The notes under the pieces are model-generated. The model was not told the DNA's origin. It did not search any database and was given only the letters and a program-made list of their open reading frames with translations. A stretch of DNA of 64,000 nt, from NCBI GenBank assembly GCA_965213925.1, contig OZ243927.1, forward strand, positions 2,112,001-2,176,000, written 5' to 3'. Source of the stretch: Trueperaceae bacterium (GTDB lineage: Bacteria; Deinococcota; Deinococci; Deinococcales; Trueperaceae). The translations under genes were made by a program, and so were the position numbers. Positions 8,668-17,718 of the stretch are shown piece after piece (positions within the stretch are counted from its first letter, which is position 1; every line of letters begins with the position of its first letter).

Positions 8668-9903
8668 TTAAGAACGCTTCTCAACTTTCGCTGCTACAGG
8701 CTTTGTGGCGGGAATACGCGCCGTTATCTGCGTTCCGAAAGGGGGCGCGGAGCGTATCTCCAGCGTACCTCCGACCGACGCGGTGTGCTCCTCTAGGCCG
8801 ATAAGCCCGAAGTGGTTGTCACGCGCGAGCGCGCTGAGCTGCTCAGGTGGGGTGAAGCCTTGGCCGTCGTCATGTACTTTGAGAATGGCAGCGCCGTCCT
8901 CGAGCCCTAGCGACACCTCGACGCGACTCGCTCGGGCGTGCTTGAAGACGTTGCGGAGCGCCTCTTGCGCGGTGCGAAAGAGGCATAGGGCGATCGGAGC
9001 GGGGAAGGTATACCCGTTTGTATGAATGTCGGCGCCGATCACTACACCAGGTTTTTCATCCTGGAGTTGCGTGAGATAGTGTTTGAGCGTGACCTCGAGC
9101 CCGAGTTCCTCCAGCCCCGAAGGGCGCAAGCCACCGATGAGGTGACGCAGTTCTTTCGAAACCCCTAAAACTGCCTTGCGGTGCGCGCCGAGCGTCTCGT
9201 ACTCGGGATGTGTGCTCCCTAAACCCTTCTGGCTTTCGGCGAGACCGTACGAGATACCGATGAGTTGCTGCACCGCGCCGTCGTGGAGTTCGCGGGCGAG
9301 AAAGCGGCGCTCGCGCTCGCGGATGTCGGCGAGTTTGACGCGCAGTGCGTTGAGTTCACGCTCGACGCGCCTGCGTTCGGCATTTTCACGCTCGAGCTGC
9401 GCGTTCGCCTCTCGAAGTTCCGCCGTCCGCGCCTCGACCCTCGCCTCCAGTTCATCATTGGCAAGTTTGAGGGCGGCCTCAGCCTTGCGCTGCGCCCCCT
9501 GCGCGGCGGCTTCGCGGAGCGCCCGGTCCACCGCCGGCCCCAAGCGGTGAAGCTGGTCTTTGTTGATGAGGTCGGACGCGCCCAGTTGCATCAGGTGAAC
9601 GGCCGCCTCTTCACCCACCGCCCCCGAGACAACGATGCAAGGGATGGGCGTTTCACGTTCCCCCAATAGCTTTAACACGTCGTGCGAGCTTAGCTGCGGC
9701 ATGGCGTGGTCCGAAAGGACGATGTCCCAGTCAAAAAAATCGAGGTTTTCCTCAATTTCGGCTCGAGTCTGGGCAAACTCTGCGGTGACGGCGAACCCGT
9801 AGCGGCGCAACTCCAACACGGCGAGTTCGGCGTCTTGGGGAGAATCGTCTACGATGAGAACGCGGAGCGGAATCCCGCCGAGTTCTTGACCTCTCGGGTT
9901 CAC
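8668..9903 (-). CDS. Hybrid receiver + HisKA_3-type histidine kinase
   Basis: N-terminal REC (LIVDDS, IVLSDHAMP), coiled coil, H-box ARELHDG, QEALRNVFKHA, DDGQGF and HFGLIGL. Confidence 0.9.
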   Translation of the reverse strand: MNPRGQELGGIPLRVLIVDDSPQDAELAVLELRRYGFAVTAEFAQTRAEIEENLDFFDWDIVLSDHAMPQLSSHDVLKLLGERETPIPCIVVSGAVGEEAAVHLMQLGASDLINKDQLHRLGPAVDRALREAAAQGAQRKAEAALKLANDELEARVEARTAELREANAQLERENAERRRVERELNALRVKLADIRERERRFLARELHDGAVQQLIGISYGLAESQKGLGSTHPEYETLGAHRKAVLGVSKELRHLIGGLRPSGLEELGLEVTLKHYLTQLQDEKPGVVIGADIHTNGYTFPAPIALCLFRTAQEALRNVFKHARASRVEVSLGLEDGAAILKVHDDGQGFTPPEQLSALARDNHFGLIGLEEHTASVGGTLEIRSAPPFGTQITARIPATKPVAAKVEKRS

Positions 9904-9940
9904 GCTTGCCCTGCCAAAACAACCGTGACGCTGCGAGCCC

Positions 9941-10390
9941 TCATGTGGCAGCCGACCAGGGGTTCTCGTTCAAGACGAGCCAGTACACGCCGAGCTGCCG
10001 AATCGCCTCGGAAAACGCCTCGAAATCGACGGGTTTGCGCACGTACGAGTTCGCGCCGTTGCGGTAGCTCAGCGCCACGTCATGTTCTTCTTGCGAGGTC
10101 GTGAGCATGACGATGGGCAGAAGTCGGGTGCGCTCATCCTTGCGAAGTTCAGCCAGCACGTCCAAACCGCTCAGCTTGGGCAGGTTGATGTCCAGAAGGA
10201 CGAATTGCGGCAGCGTGTCCACGCGCTCAGCGTACTCGCCGCGCAGGAGCAGAAAGTCGAGCGCCGCCGCGCCGTCTTGCAACACGACGATGTCGTTGAT
10301 GAGGTTGTGACGGCGCAACGCGCGAATCGTAAGGTCGATATCGTCCTGATTGTCCTCGACTAAAAGAAGGTAGGTGTTGTCTTGCGTCAT
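9941..10390 (-). CDS. Single-domain response regulator (Rcp1-like)
   Basis: LLVEDNQDD, LLDINLPKLSG, MLTTS and GANSYVRKP motifs. Confidence 0.9.
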   Translation of the reverse strand: MTQDNTYLLLVEDNQDDIDLTIRALRRHNLINDIVVLQDGAAALDFLLLRGEYAERVDTLPQFVLLDINLPKLSGLDVLAELRKDERTRLLPIVMLTTSQEEHDVALSYRNGANSYVRKPVDFEAFSEAIRQLGVYWLVLNENPWSAAT

Positions 10391-10412
10391 GTCGCCCCCA
10401 TTATGACCCATT

Positions 10413-13400
10413 CTAAGGCTGTGGGGGGCTTTCTGACGCGAGAGCTATCTTTCCGGCGGGAGGGAGCGTGAAGTAAAAGGTCGCGCCCTCACCTACCGCC
10501 GCCTCCGCCCAGACCGCGCCGCCGTGCCGATGCACTACGCGCTGCACCGTCGCCAGACCGATGCCCGTACCCTCGAACTGACCGGGCGAGTGGAGCCGCT
10601 GAAACGCGCCGAAGAGCTTGTGTGCGTACGCCATGTCGAAGCCCGCGCCGTTGTCGCGCACGAAAAACGCGCCTTCCTCGTTCACGCCGAAGGTGATGTG
10701 CGCGCTTTCCTCATGTCGGGTGAACTTCCAGGCGTTTTCGAAGAGGTTGGTCAGCGCGATGCGTAAGAGCCGCGTATCGCCCTGAGCACATAGCCCGCCC
10801 TGAATCTCGAGCGAAACCTCACGTTCCGGTTCGCGTTCTTGTAATTCTGCGACGATAGACGCCGCTTTAGCGCTTAAATCGACCTCTTCGCGCGTCATCT
10901 CGCTGCGCGAGAGCCTCGAGAACGCCAACATATCGTCGATGAGCGTGCCCATGCGCTGCGCCCCAGAGCGTACCCGCTTGAGGTAATGAATCGCCGTATC
11001 GTCCAAGGTGTCGCCTGTGTCGTAGTCCTCTAAGAGCGCTTGTGAAAAGCCGTCGATGCCGCGCAGCGGCGCACGTAAGTCGTGCGAGACGCTGTACGAG
11101 AAGGCTTCTAATTCTTTGTTGGCAGCTTCTAGCGCGGCGGTGCGGTCTTTAAGCTGAGCGTTGGCGGTGCGCAGTTCGGCGGTGCGGACCTCGACCCGGT
11201 TTTCCAACTCCTGGTTGAGTTTAAGCACCTCGGCTTCCGCCTCTTTTCGCGCAGTGACCTCTTCCACGACGGAGATGCAGTAGAGAGGTTCGCCGCTTTC
11301 ACCGCGTTGCAGCGCGGTGGTGAGGTCGATCCAGACGGTGTGACCGTCCCTGTGGAAGTAGCGCTTCTCCATCATGTAGGAGTCTATCTCACCTTTTATG
11401 AGCTGCTCGAACTGCTCGACATCCGCGCCAACGTCATCTGGATGCGTGATGTCTTGAAAGGTTCGCGCTAAGAGTTCCGCTTCGCTGTACCCTGAGATGT
11501 CGCACAGCTTCGCGTTGACCTTGAGCCACCGTCCGCCCAGACCAACGTGTCCGATGCCCACGGCGGCATTCTCAAACGTGCCGCGAAAGTTGCGTTCGCT
11601 CTCCTTGAGCGCCTCTTGCGCCTCTTTGCGAACGGTGATGTCATCAAATAGAGAGTAGACCTGAAAGGGCCTCGTCTCGCCCGCTCTGTACTGCGGCACG
11701 GCGTCCACCGAGAGCCAGTGGTAGCGCTCATCACTGGGGTTATAGACCGCCATCACGACGTTTTCGACTACCTTACCTGTGCGGAGCGCCCGCATCGGCG
11801 GATGCTCTTCGCCCGGAAAGTCGGAGCCGTCTTCGCGCAAGGCTCGCCAGCGCGAGTCCGCCGAGTAGCGCCCCGTTATCTCGTCGTTTGTCAGACCTAG
11901 AATCCGCCCAGCGGCGGGGTTAGCGGAGATGATTTCGCCCTCAGCATCCTGATAGACCACCGCTTGCGTCATCGTTTCGAAAAGGGTGCGGTACTCCGCC
12001 TCGCTCTTGCGCAGAGCTATCTCTGTCTCTCTTTGCTCCGTGGTCTCCGTCACCACACCCGTGAAGCGTACTGCCCGCCGTTCAGTATTTTCACCTTCGA
12101 AAATGACTCGTCCGGTAACGCGAATCCAGCGAATCCCGACGCCCGGTTTGAGAACGCGGTACTCAATGTCGTACTCGCCGCCCCCGTCAGGTTGCAGCGC
12201 CGCCTCGATGCGCTGCGTCACGTAGTCCTGTTCGTCCGGGTGAATATGCGAAATGGGGTCCGCCAGCGTCACGGCTCCCTGGGTGGGCATATCGAACAGC
12301 TCGCGGCAGCGCTTGTCCATGAAGAGAACGTCTTTGACGAGGTCGAGGTTCCACGTGCCCATCGCGGCAGACTCCAGCGCCACGCGGCGCTGCTCCTCGC
12401 TCCTGCGCAGCGTCTCCTCGGCTAACTTTTGCTCCGTACCGTCGCGGAAGACTTTAGCAAAGCCGCGCAGCTCGCCCGCGTCGTTGCGCAAGGCGGTCGT
12501 TGTACCGTCGGCGAAGAAGCGTGTGGCGTCCCCGCGCAGATGCCAGCGCACGTCTTGTGCGTCGCCCGCTTCGCTCGCGGCGCGCATCTCCTGCGCCGCT
12601 ACGCCCTGCTGCACATCCTCAGGGGTAAAGATCAGATTGATGTGTTGGCCGAGCGCTTTCCCTTCGCGGTGGCCTGTGATGCGCTCGGCTCCGGGATTCC
12701 ATTCAGTGATAATGCCGTTCGGGTCAGTGATAACAATCGCGTAGTCCCGCGCCCCTGAAACGAGCAGTTGCAAACGCTCGGTGGTCTCTTGCAGGGCTTC
12801 TCGAGCCTTTTCGCGCTCGGTGATGTCTTGCACCACGCCGAACAGTTCAGCGGGTACACGCTCGCCGTTTTCCTCCATGAAGCGGCACTGCCCGCGCACC
12901 GCCATCCAGCGCACTTCACCACCTACGCCGTAAAAGCGGTGCTCGACCATATAACGGTTTTCGGGCTCACGCGGATTCGTCGCGTGAAGGATGGCGCGTT
13001 CCAACGCGGGGAGGTCGTCGGGGTGAACGAGGCCCAGCATCGCGCCCGCTTCGGCTTTAGCAGGGACGCCGAAGAGGTCCTGGCAGCGTTCGTCGAACCA
13101 CATTCGCCCGCTCCGCAAGTCGCGGCTCCAGATGCCGAATTCTGCGCCGTCGAGCGCGAGCCTGAGCCGCTGTTCATTTTGCTGCAAGGTCCCTTTAGTC
13201 TCTTCGCGCTCGGTTACGTCCGCCGCTGACGCGACGAGGCTCGAGACGTTGCCTTGAGCGTCGCGAACGGGTGCGAGCATGAAGTCTACGGTGAGAACGC
13301 GGTCCTCGCTCATCCGCACCTGCGTATCAAAGCGGCTCGTCTCGCCCTGGGCGGCTTTGCGAATCGCCTCTCGCAACCTCCCCTGCACCGCCGCATCGTG

Positions 13401-14180
13401 TCGCCACCAAGGTGTTTCGGCGAAGGGTAAGCCGATGACGGCGGCGAGCGTCACGTCCGAAGCGTCCAGCGCCGCGCGGTTGACGTATTGGAGCGTACCG
13501 TCCGGGTCCAATACAGCCACGAAGGTGAGCAAATGGTCGAGCACATCCAAGAGGCGGCTTTCTGAAGCGCGCACTTCACGCTCGGCGCGTTCTCTCGCTT
13601 GGACTTCGAGCCGCAACGCCTGGTTCGACTCGTCGAGCGCACGGGTGCGCTCACGGATGCGCTCTTCTAAAGCGTCGCGTGCCCGCCTGACCTCTTCGGT
13701 CGCTTCTTTGCGCGCCGTCACGTCGTTCTGTACGCCTAAAAAGAGCACCAGCTTGCCCTCGTCGTCGTAGACGGGCGAGAGGTAGAGGTGATTCCAAAAC
13801 ATCGAACCGTCTTTGCGGTAGTTGCGCAGCTCTACGTCCGTGCTCTCGCCCGCACGGACCGCCGCACGGAGCCGCTTGACGCCCTCCTGGTCGCGGTCGT
13901 CGCCCTGCAAAAAGCGGCAGTTCTGACCGATGACCTCGCCTGGACCATAGCCCGTGAGCTTTTCGAAGCCGCCGTTGACGTAGATGATGGGGTTGTCGGG
14001 CTTGCTGGGGTCGGTGACGACGATGGTGTTGTCGAAGGCGTCTAAAATTGCGCCCAAAAGCTCTAAGCGGTCTGACGAGGTGATGAGCGCGGTGAGCCGC
14101 TCCTCCAAGTCTTGAATGCGGCCTCCGTCGTTCGCCCGCATCCGTTCGGCGTCGTGTTCGCTGTTGCGTCGACTCGCCAT
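10413..14180 (-). CDS. LOV + multi-PAS sensor histidine kinase
   Basis: Canonical LOV motif GQNCRFLQG with NYRKDG..FWN and GVQND; six further PAS/PAC repeats; H-box FSYSVSHDLRAPLR; DNGAGF and GTGIGLA boxes. Confidence 0.93.
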   Translation of the reverse strand: MASRRNSEHDAERMRANDGGRIQDLEERLTALITSSDRLELLGAILDAFDNTIVVTDPSKPDNPIIYVNGGFEKLTGYGPGEVIGQNCRFLQGDDRDQEGVKRLRAAVRAGESTDVELRNYRKDGSMFWNHLYLSPVYDDEGKLVLFLGVQNDVTARKEATEEVRRARDALEERIRERTRALDESNQALRLEVQARERAEREVRASESRLLDVLDHLLTFVAVLDPDGTLQYVNRAALDASDVTLAAVIGLPFAETPWWRHDAAVQGRLREAIRKAAQGETSRFDTQVRMSEDRVLTVDFMLAPVRDAQGNVSSLVASAADVTEREETKGTLQQNEQRLRLALDGAEFGIWSRDLRSGRMWFDERCQDLFGVPAKAEAGAMLGLVHPDDLPALERAILHATNPREPENRYMVEHRFYGVGGEVRWMAVRGQCRFMEENGERVPAELFGVVQDITEREKAREALQETTERLQLLVSGARDYAIVITDPNGIITEWNPGAERITGHREGKALGQHINLIFTPEDVQQGVAAQEMRAASEAGDAQDVRWHLRGDATRFFADGTTTALRNDAGELRGFAKVFRDGTEQKLAEETLRRSEEQRRVALESAAMGTWNLDLVKDVLFMDKRCRELFDMPTQGAVTLADPISHIHPDEQDYVTQRIEAALQPDGGGEYDIEYRVLKPGVGIRWIRVTGRVIFEGENTERRAVRFTGVVTETTEQRETEIALRKSEAEYRTLFETMTQAVVYQDAEGEIISANPAAGRILGLTNDEITGRYSADSRWRALREDGSDFPGEEHPPMRALRTGKVVENVVMAVYNPSDERYHWLSVDAVPQYRAGETRPFQVYSLFDDITVRKEAQEALKESERNFRGTFENAAVGIGHVGLGGRWLKVNAKLCDISGYSEAELLARTFQDITHPDDVGADVEQFEQLIKGEIDSYMMEKRYFHRDGHTVWIDLTTALQRGESGEPLYCISVVEEVTARKEAEAEVLKLNQELENRVEVRTAELRTANAQLKDRTAALEAANKELEAFSYSVSHDLRAPLRGIDGFSQALLEDYDTGDTLDDTAIHYLKRVRSGAQRMGTLIDDMLAFSRLSRSEMTREEVDLSAKAASIVAELQEREPEREVSLEIQGGLCAQGDTRLLRIALTNLFENAWKFTRHEESAHITFGVNEEGAFFVRDNGAGFDMAYAHKLFGAFQRLHSPGQFEGTGIGLATVQRVVHRHGGAVWAEAAVGEGATFYFTLPPAGKIALASESPPQP

Positions 14181-14504
14181 TTATAGAGGCGCGCCTATGA
14201 CGAAGAGGAAAAGGTGTGCTCTGAGGTGCTGCGCGGTGTTCATGCGCATAATCTACCCCGAAGTGGACAGGAAAATCGTCAGCGGTATAAACCTCTTTGC
14301 AACGTGTCAAAAATCTCATAGCGCGCGTCTACAGGCGTACGATCAGGTTAAAATGTGAGCGAAACTTCCCCCGAAGAACGGGCGTATTTTAAGAGGTCGT
14401 TCAGGAGGTGAAAGTGCGTGACAGGGGCGCAAACATTTGCCGACGAAAAACCCTGAATAAGACGCGCTCACGCCATCATTAAGGGTGTGCTTAACCCAAA
14501 ACGC

Positions 14505-14534
14505 TTTACAAATCTCCACCGCAAAAGGTAGCAT
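14505..14534 (+). promoter_or_regulatory. Putative sigma70-type promoter for the amino-acid ABC operon
   Basis: TTTACA-18 nt-TAGCAT, about 90 nt upstream of the ATG. Confidence 0.45.
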
Positions 14535-14622
14535 AGTGTAGCGAGGGGAAAACTTCACATGACCCAGAGATGCGGTCGCTACGATTTAATCTCTAAACCT
14601 GGGTCACTCTAAAGGAGAAAAT

Positions 14623-15636
14623 ATGCAGAAACGTTTATTTTTAATCATTGTGCTCTGTGCTGCGTTCAGTGTGGCCTCGGCGCAGAACCTGTACGAGGAG
14701 ATTCAGAACCGGGGCAACATCGTCTGCGGCGTCAACGAAAGGCTCCCCGGCTTCGGCAGCGTCGACGACCAGGGCAACTTCGAAGGCTTCGACGTGGACT
14801 TCTGCCGCGCCGTCGCCGCTGCGGTTTTTGGCGACGCAGAAGCCGTCGAGTTCCGCCCACTCAGCGCCCAAGACCGCTTTACGGCGGTGCAGACGGGTGC
14901 GGTGGATTTGCTCGCGCGTAACTCTACCTGGACGAGTAGCCGCGACACCACGGTGGGTCTCAACTTCGCGCCCGTCAACTTCTACGACGGTCAGGGCTTC
15001 ATGGTGCGCCGCGACTCGGGCATCGAGTCCATCGAGGACCTAGAGGGCCGCCGCATCGGGGTGCAGTCGGGTACGACTACCGAACTCAACCTCGCGGATA
15101 CGATGGAAGCCTTGGGCATTCAGTACACGCCCGTCATCTTCGAGAACAACGACCAGCTAGCGAGCGCTTACGACGACGGTCAGATGGACGCCTGGACGAC
15201 GGACAAGTCGGGCTTAGCCAGCACGCTCATCACGCTCCGCGACCCGTCTGCGCACCGCATCATGGACGTGACCATTTCCAAAGAGCCGCTCGCGCCCGCC
15301 GTTTTGCAAGGTGAGGACGCCTGGTTCGACGTGGTCAAGTGGGTGATGTTCGGTCTCTTCGAAGCGGAAGAGTACGGCATCACGATGGACAACGTCTCGG
15401 AGATGGCGGAAACCACCGAGAACCCCAATATCCAGCGCATCTTAGGCGTCGAGCCCGAGAACGTCCAGGGCATTGGTCTCCCCGCCGAAGGCATCCGTAA
15501 CGCGATCGCGGCGGTCGGCAACTACGGCGAAATCTACAACCGCAACCTGGGTCCGGATACGCCCTTCGACATCCCGCGCGGCTTAAACGCGCAGTATTAC
15601 GACGGAGGTCTCATCTACGGGATGCCCTTTCGTTAA
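14623..15636 (+). CDS. aapJ: General L-amino acid ABC transporter substrate-binding protein (AapJ/BztA type)
   Basis: Signal peptide; GFDVDFCRAVAAA, RNSTWTSSRD, FYDGQGFMV, ISKEPL and VGNYGEIYNRNLG motifs. Confidence 0.9.
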   Translation: MQKRLFLIIVLCAAFSVASAQNLYEEIQNRGNIVCGVNERLPGFGSVDDQGNFEGFDVDFCRAVAAAVFGDAEAVEFRPLSAQDRFTAVQTGAVDLLARNSTWTSSRDTTVGLNFAPVNFYDGQGFMVRRDSGIESIEDLEGRRIGVQSGTTTELNLADTMEALGIQYTPVIFENNDQLASAYDDGQMDAWTTDKSGLASTLITLRDPSAHRIMDVTISKEPLAPAVLQGEDAWFDVVKWVMFGLFEAEEYGITMDNVSEMAETTENPNIQRILGVEPENVQGIGLPAEGIRNAIAAVGNYGEIYNRNLGPDTPFDIPRGLNAQYYDGGLIYGMPFR

Positions 15637-15654
15637 GCCGAAAGAGTGATACGT

Positions 15655-15684
15655 GGGGTGATGGTTTGAACCATCACCCTTTTC
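15655..15684 (+). terminator. Intra-operon hairpin/terminator after aapJ
   Basis: gggtgatggtt/aaccatcaccc stem followed by a T run. Confidence 0.7.
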
Positions 15685-15887
15685 GCTATAGAAACTCCCA
15701 GAGTCAAACCTTTAGTCATTAAACCTTTAGTCATGAAGTATTAGCTGATATTGAGTTGCCGAGCAAAGCTTGAACCACGATTTTACTAGTAGAAAATTTA
15801 TCGTAAAAATTTAACCGCGAATAGACGCGAAGTTAGAGGTGAAGAGGTGCGCATCAATTTCACATTCGGGCATTTTGGGACGTTCTG

Positions 15888-17717
15888 ATGGCGTCACGCT
15901 CATTTCAGGAGGATAAAAGAGGTGAGGGCGAGCGCATTCCCTTCTACCGTAACGTCAAGCTCATCGGCGTTATCGCGCAGGTTATCTTCGTGCTCCTGCT
16001 TATCGCTGCGGGATACATCCTCTACAACAACGTAACCACCGCGCTCGACCGTTCGAACTTACCTGCGGACTTTGGCTTTTTAGATGCGCGGGCGGGCGTG
16101 CCCATTGCGGAGACGCCAATCCAATATGAGCCGAGCGATTCCTACGGGCGGGCGCTTATCGTAGGCGTTTTGAACACCTTGCGTGTGGCGCTCGTCGGCG
16201 TGGTACTCACGACGCTTCTAGGAATTTTGGTCGGGGTGATGCGGCTCTCCAGCAACTGGCTCATGCGCCAAATTGCCACCGTCTATATCGAAGCGATTCG
16301 CAACACGCCCCTAGCGGTCCAGCTCGTCTTCTGGTTCACCGCCGTACTCGTGCCGATCCCGCCACGCATCTCGAACCCGGTAGATTTGCCGGGGGGAATC
16401 TATTTTAGTCAGGTCGGCTTAGCGTTACCCTGGCTCTATCCGTCGTACAGCTTCTCGAGTTGGCTCCCTTGGCTCGTCGCGGCGTCCGTCGTGCTCGTCG
16501 CGTTCTACCTCTTTCGGCGCAGACAGATCGAGCGCTCGGAGCGCCCCGGCAACGCCTGGCTCTGGCCGCTCCTCTCGGCAGTCGGTATTGCTGTGGTTGG
16601 CTATATCGTCGTGACCTTCACGACGGGGTTGCCTGAAAACCTCGCTACCGACTTCCAAGCCAACCGGGGGCGCGGCGTCGTGTTCGCCGACAGCAACGAC
16701 AACGGCTCGCGCGACGCTGGTGAGCCGGTCGTCCCTTACGCTGTAGCCCGCGTCAACGTCGAGGAAGGCACGCTGACCACCAACACCCAGAACTTCGTCG
16801 AGTCGCGCAGCTTTGTCAACAGCACCTTCCGCTTCCCCGCGATCGAAAATATCGAGGTGGGCGAGGCTGAACTCTCTTTCACCAACCCGGAGCAGGCTGA
16901 AGGATTAGCCATTCACACGCTCAACTACCCGAGCACGGGCATCGTTTACGAGGATAGAAACGGCAACAGCGAGTACGACGAGGGCGAGGAGGTGGGCGCT
17001 GAGGGCGCGGGCTTCGGAAACGTCGGCGTCACCTTGCAAGTTGAAGACTTTACCCGCCGCATCGTCGCGGATAGAGGCGGGCAAATTCGCATCCCTATCT
17101 TCGAAGGGGCGCAAGCCGAAGGCGAGGGCGGAGAGGAAAGCGCTAGCAGTTCGCAAGGCGGCGGAGGTGGACTTGGCTCGCTCTTCAACCGCTCGAGCGG
17201 CGGCGGCTCGAACGCCGTAGACGCGAGCGTAGAACTCCAAGCCACCGCACCGCTCGTCCTGAGCTTCCCGAGCGTCCCGCGCGGCAACTACGTCGGTGGC
17301 ATCAGCCTCTCGGCGGCGTACTTGGCGCTCCTTATAGGACTCGTCGTCTACACGGCGAGCTTCATCGCGGAGATCGTGCGTGGCGGCATCCAAGCGGTGC
17401 CCAAAGGTCAGCGCGAAGCCGCCAAAGCTGTAGGTCTCAGCAACTTCCAGACCTTCCGTCTCATCGTCTTCCCGCAAGCGTTGCGCATCATCCTGCCGCC
17501 GATGATCAGCCAATACCTCAACCTGACCAAAAACTCGTCCCTGGCGATTCTCGTCACCTTTCAGGACTTCTTCTCGATCAGCAACATCGTCGCGAACCAA
17601 ACCGGCGCGGCGATCCCCGTGATTCTTATCGTGATTGGTGGGTACCTCATTATCAGCTTGACGTTTGCGTTTATCCTCAATATCGTCAACGAGCGCATGG
17701 CGCTAGTGGAGCGCTAA
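15888..17717 (+). CDS. aapQ: Amino-acid ABC permease (AapQ/BztB type) with a large inserted hydrophilic domain
   Basis: GVLNTLRV, IRNTPL, FIAEIVRGGIQAVPKGQREAA and YLNLTKNSSLA motifs; 609 aa including about 200 extra acidic residues. Confidence 0.88.
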   Translation: MASRSFQEDKRGEGERIPFYRNVKLIGVIAQVIFVLLLIAAGYILYNNVTTALDRSNLPADFGFLDARAGVPIAETPIQYEPSDSYGRALIVGVLNTLRVALVGVVLTTLLGILVGVMRLSSNWLMRQIATVYIEAIRNTPLAVQLVFWFTAVLVPIPPRISNPVDLPGGIYFSQVGLALPWLYPSYSFSSWLPWLVAASVVLVAFYLFRRRQIERSERPGNAWLWPLLSAVGIAVVGYIVVTFTTGLPENLATDFQANRGRGVVFADSNDNGSRDAGEPVVPYAVARVNVEEGTLTTNTQNFVESRSFVNSTFRFPAIENIEVGEAELSFTNPEQAEGLAIHTLNYPSTGIVYEDRNGNSEYDEGEEVGAEGAGFGNVGVTLQVEDFTRRIVADRGGQIRIPIFEGAQAEGEGGEESASSSQGGGGGLGSLFNRSSGGGSNAVDASVELQATAPLVLSFPSVPRGNYVGGISLSAAYLALLIGLVVYTASFIAEIVRGGIQAVPKGQREAAKAVGLSNFQTFRLIVFPQALRIILPPMISQYLNLTKNSSLAILVTFQDFFSISNIVANQTGAAIPVILIVIGGYLIISLTFAFILNIVNERMALVER

Positions 17718-17718
17718 G

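Noticed and set aside
15706..15734. Tandem aaacctttagtcat x2
   Set aside because: A short slippage-type duplication with no further support for function.
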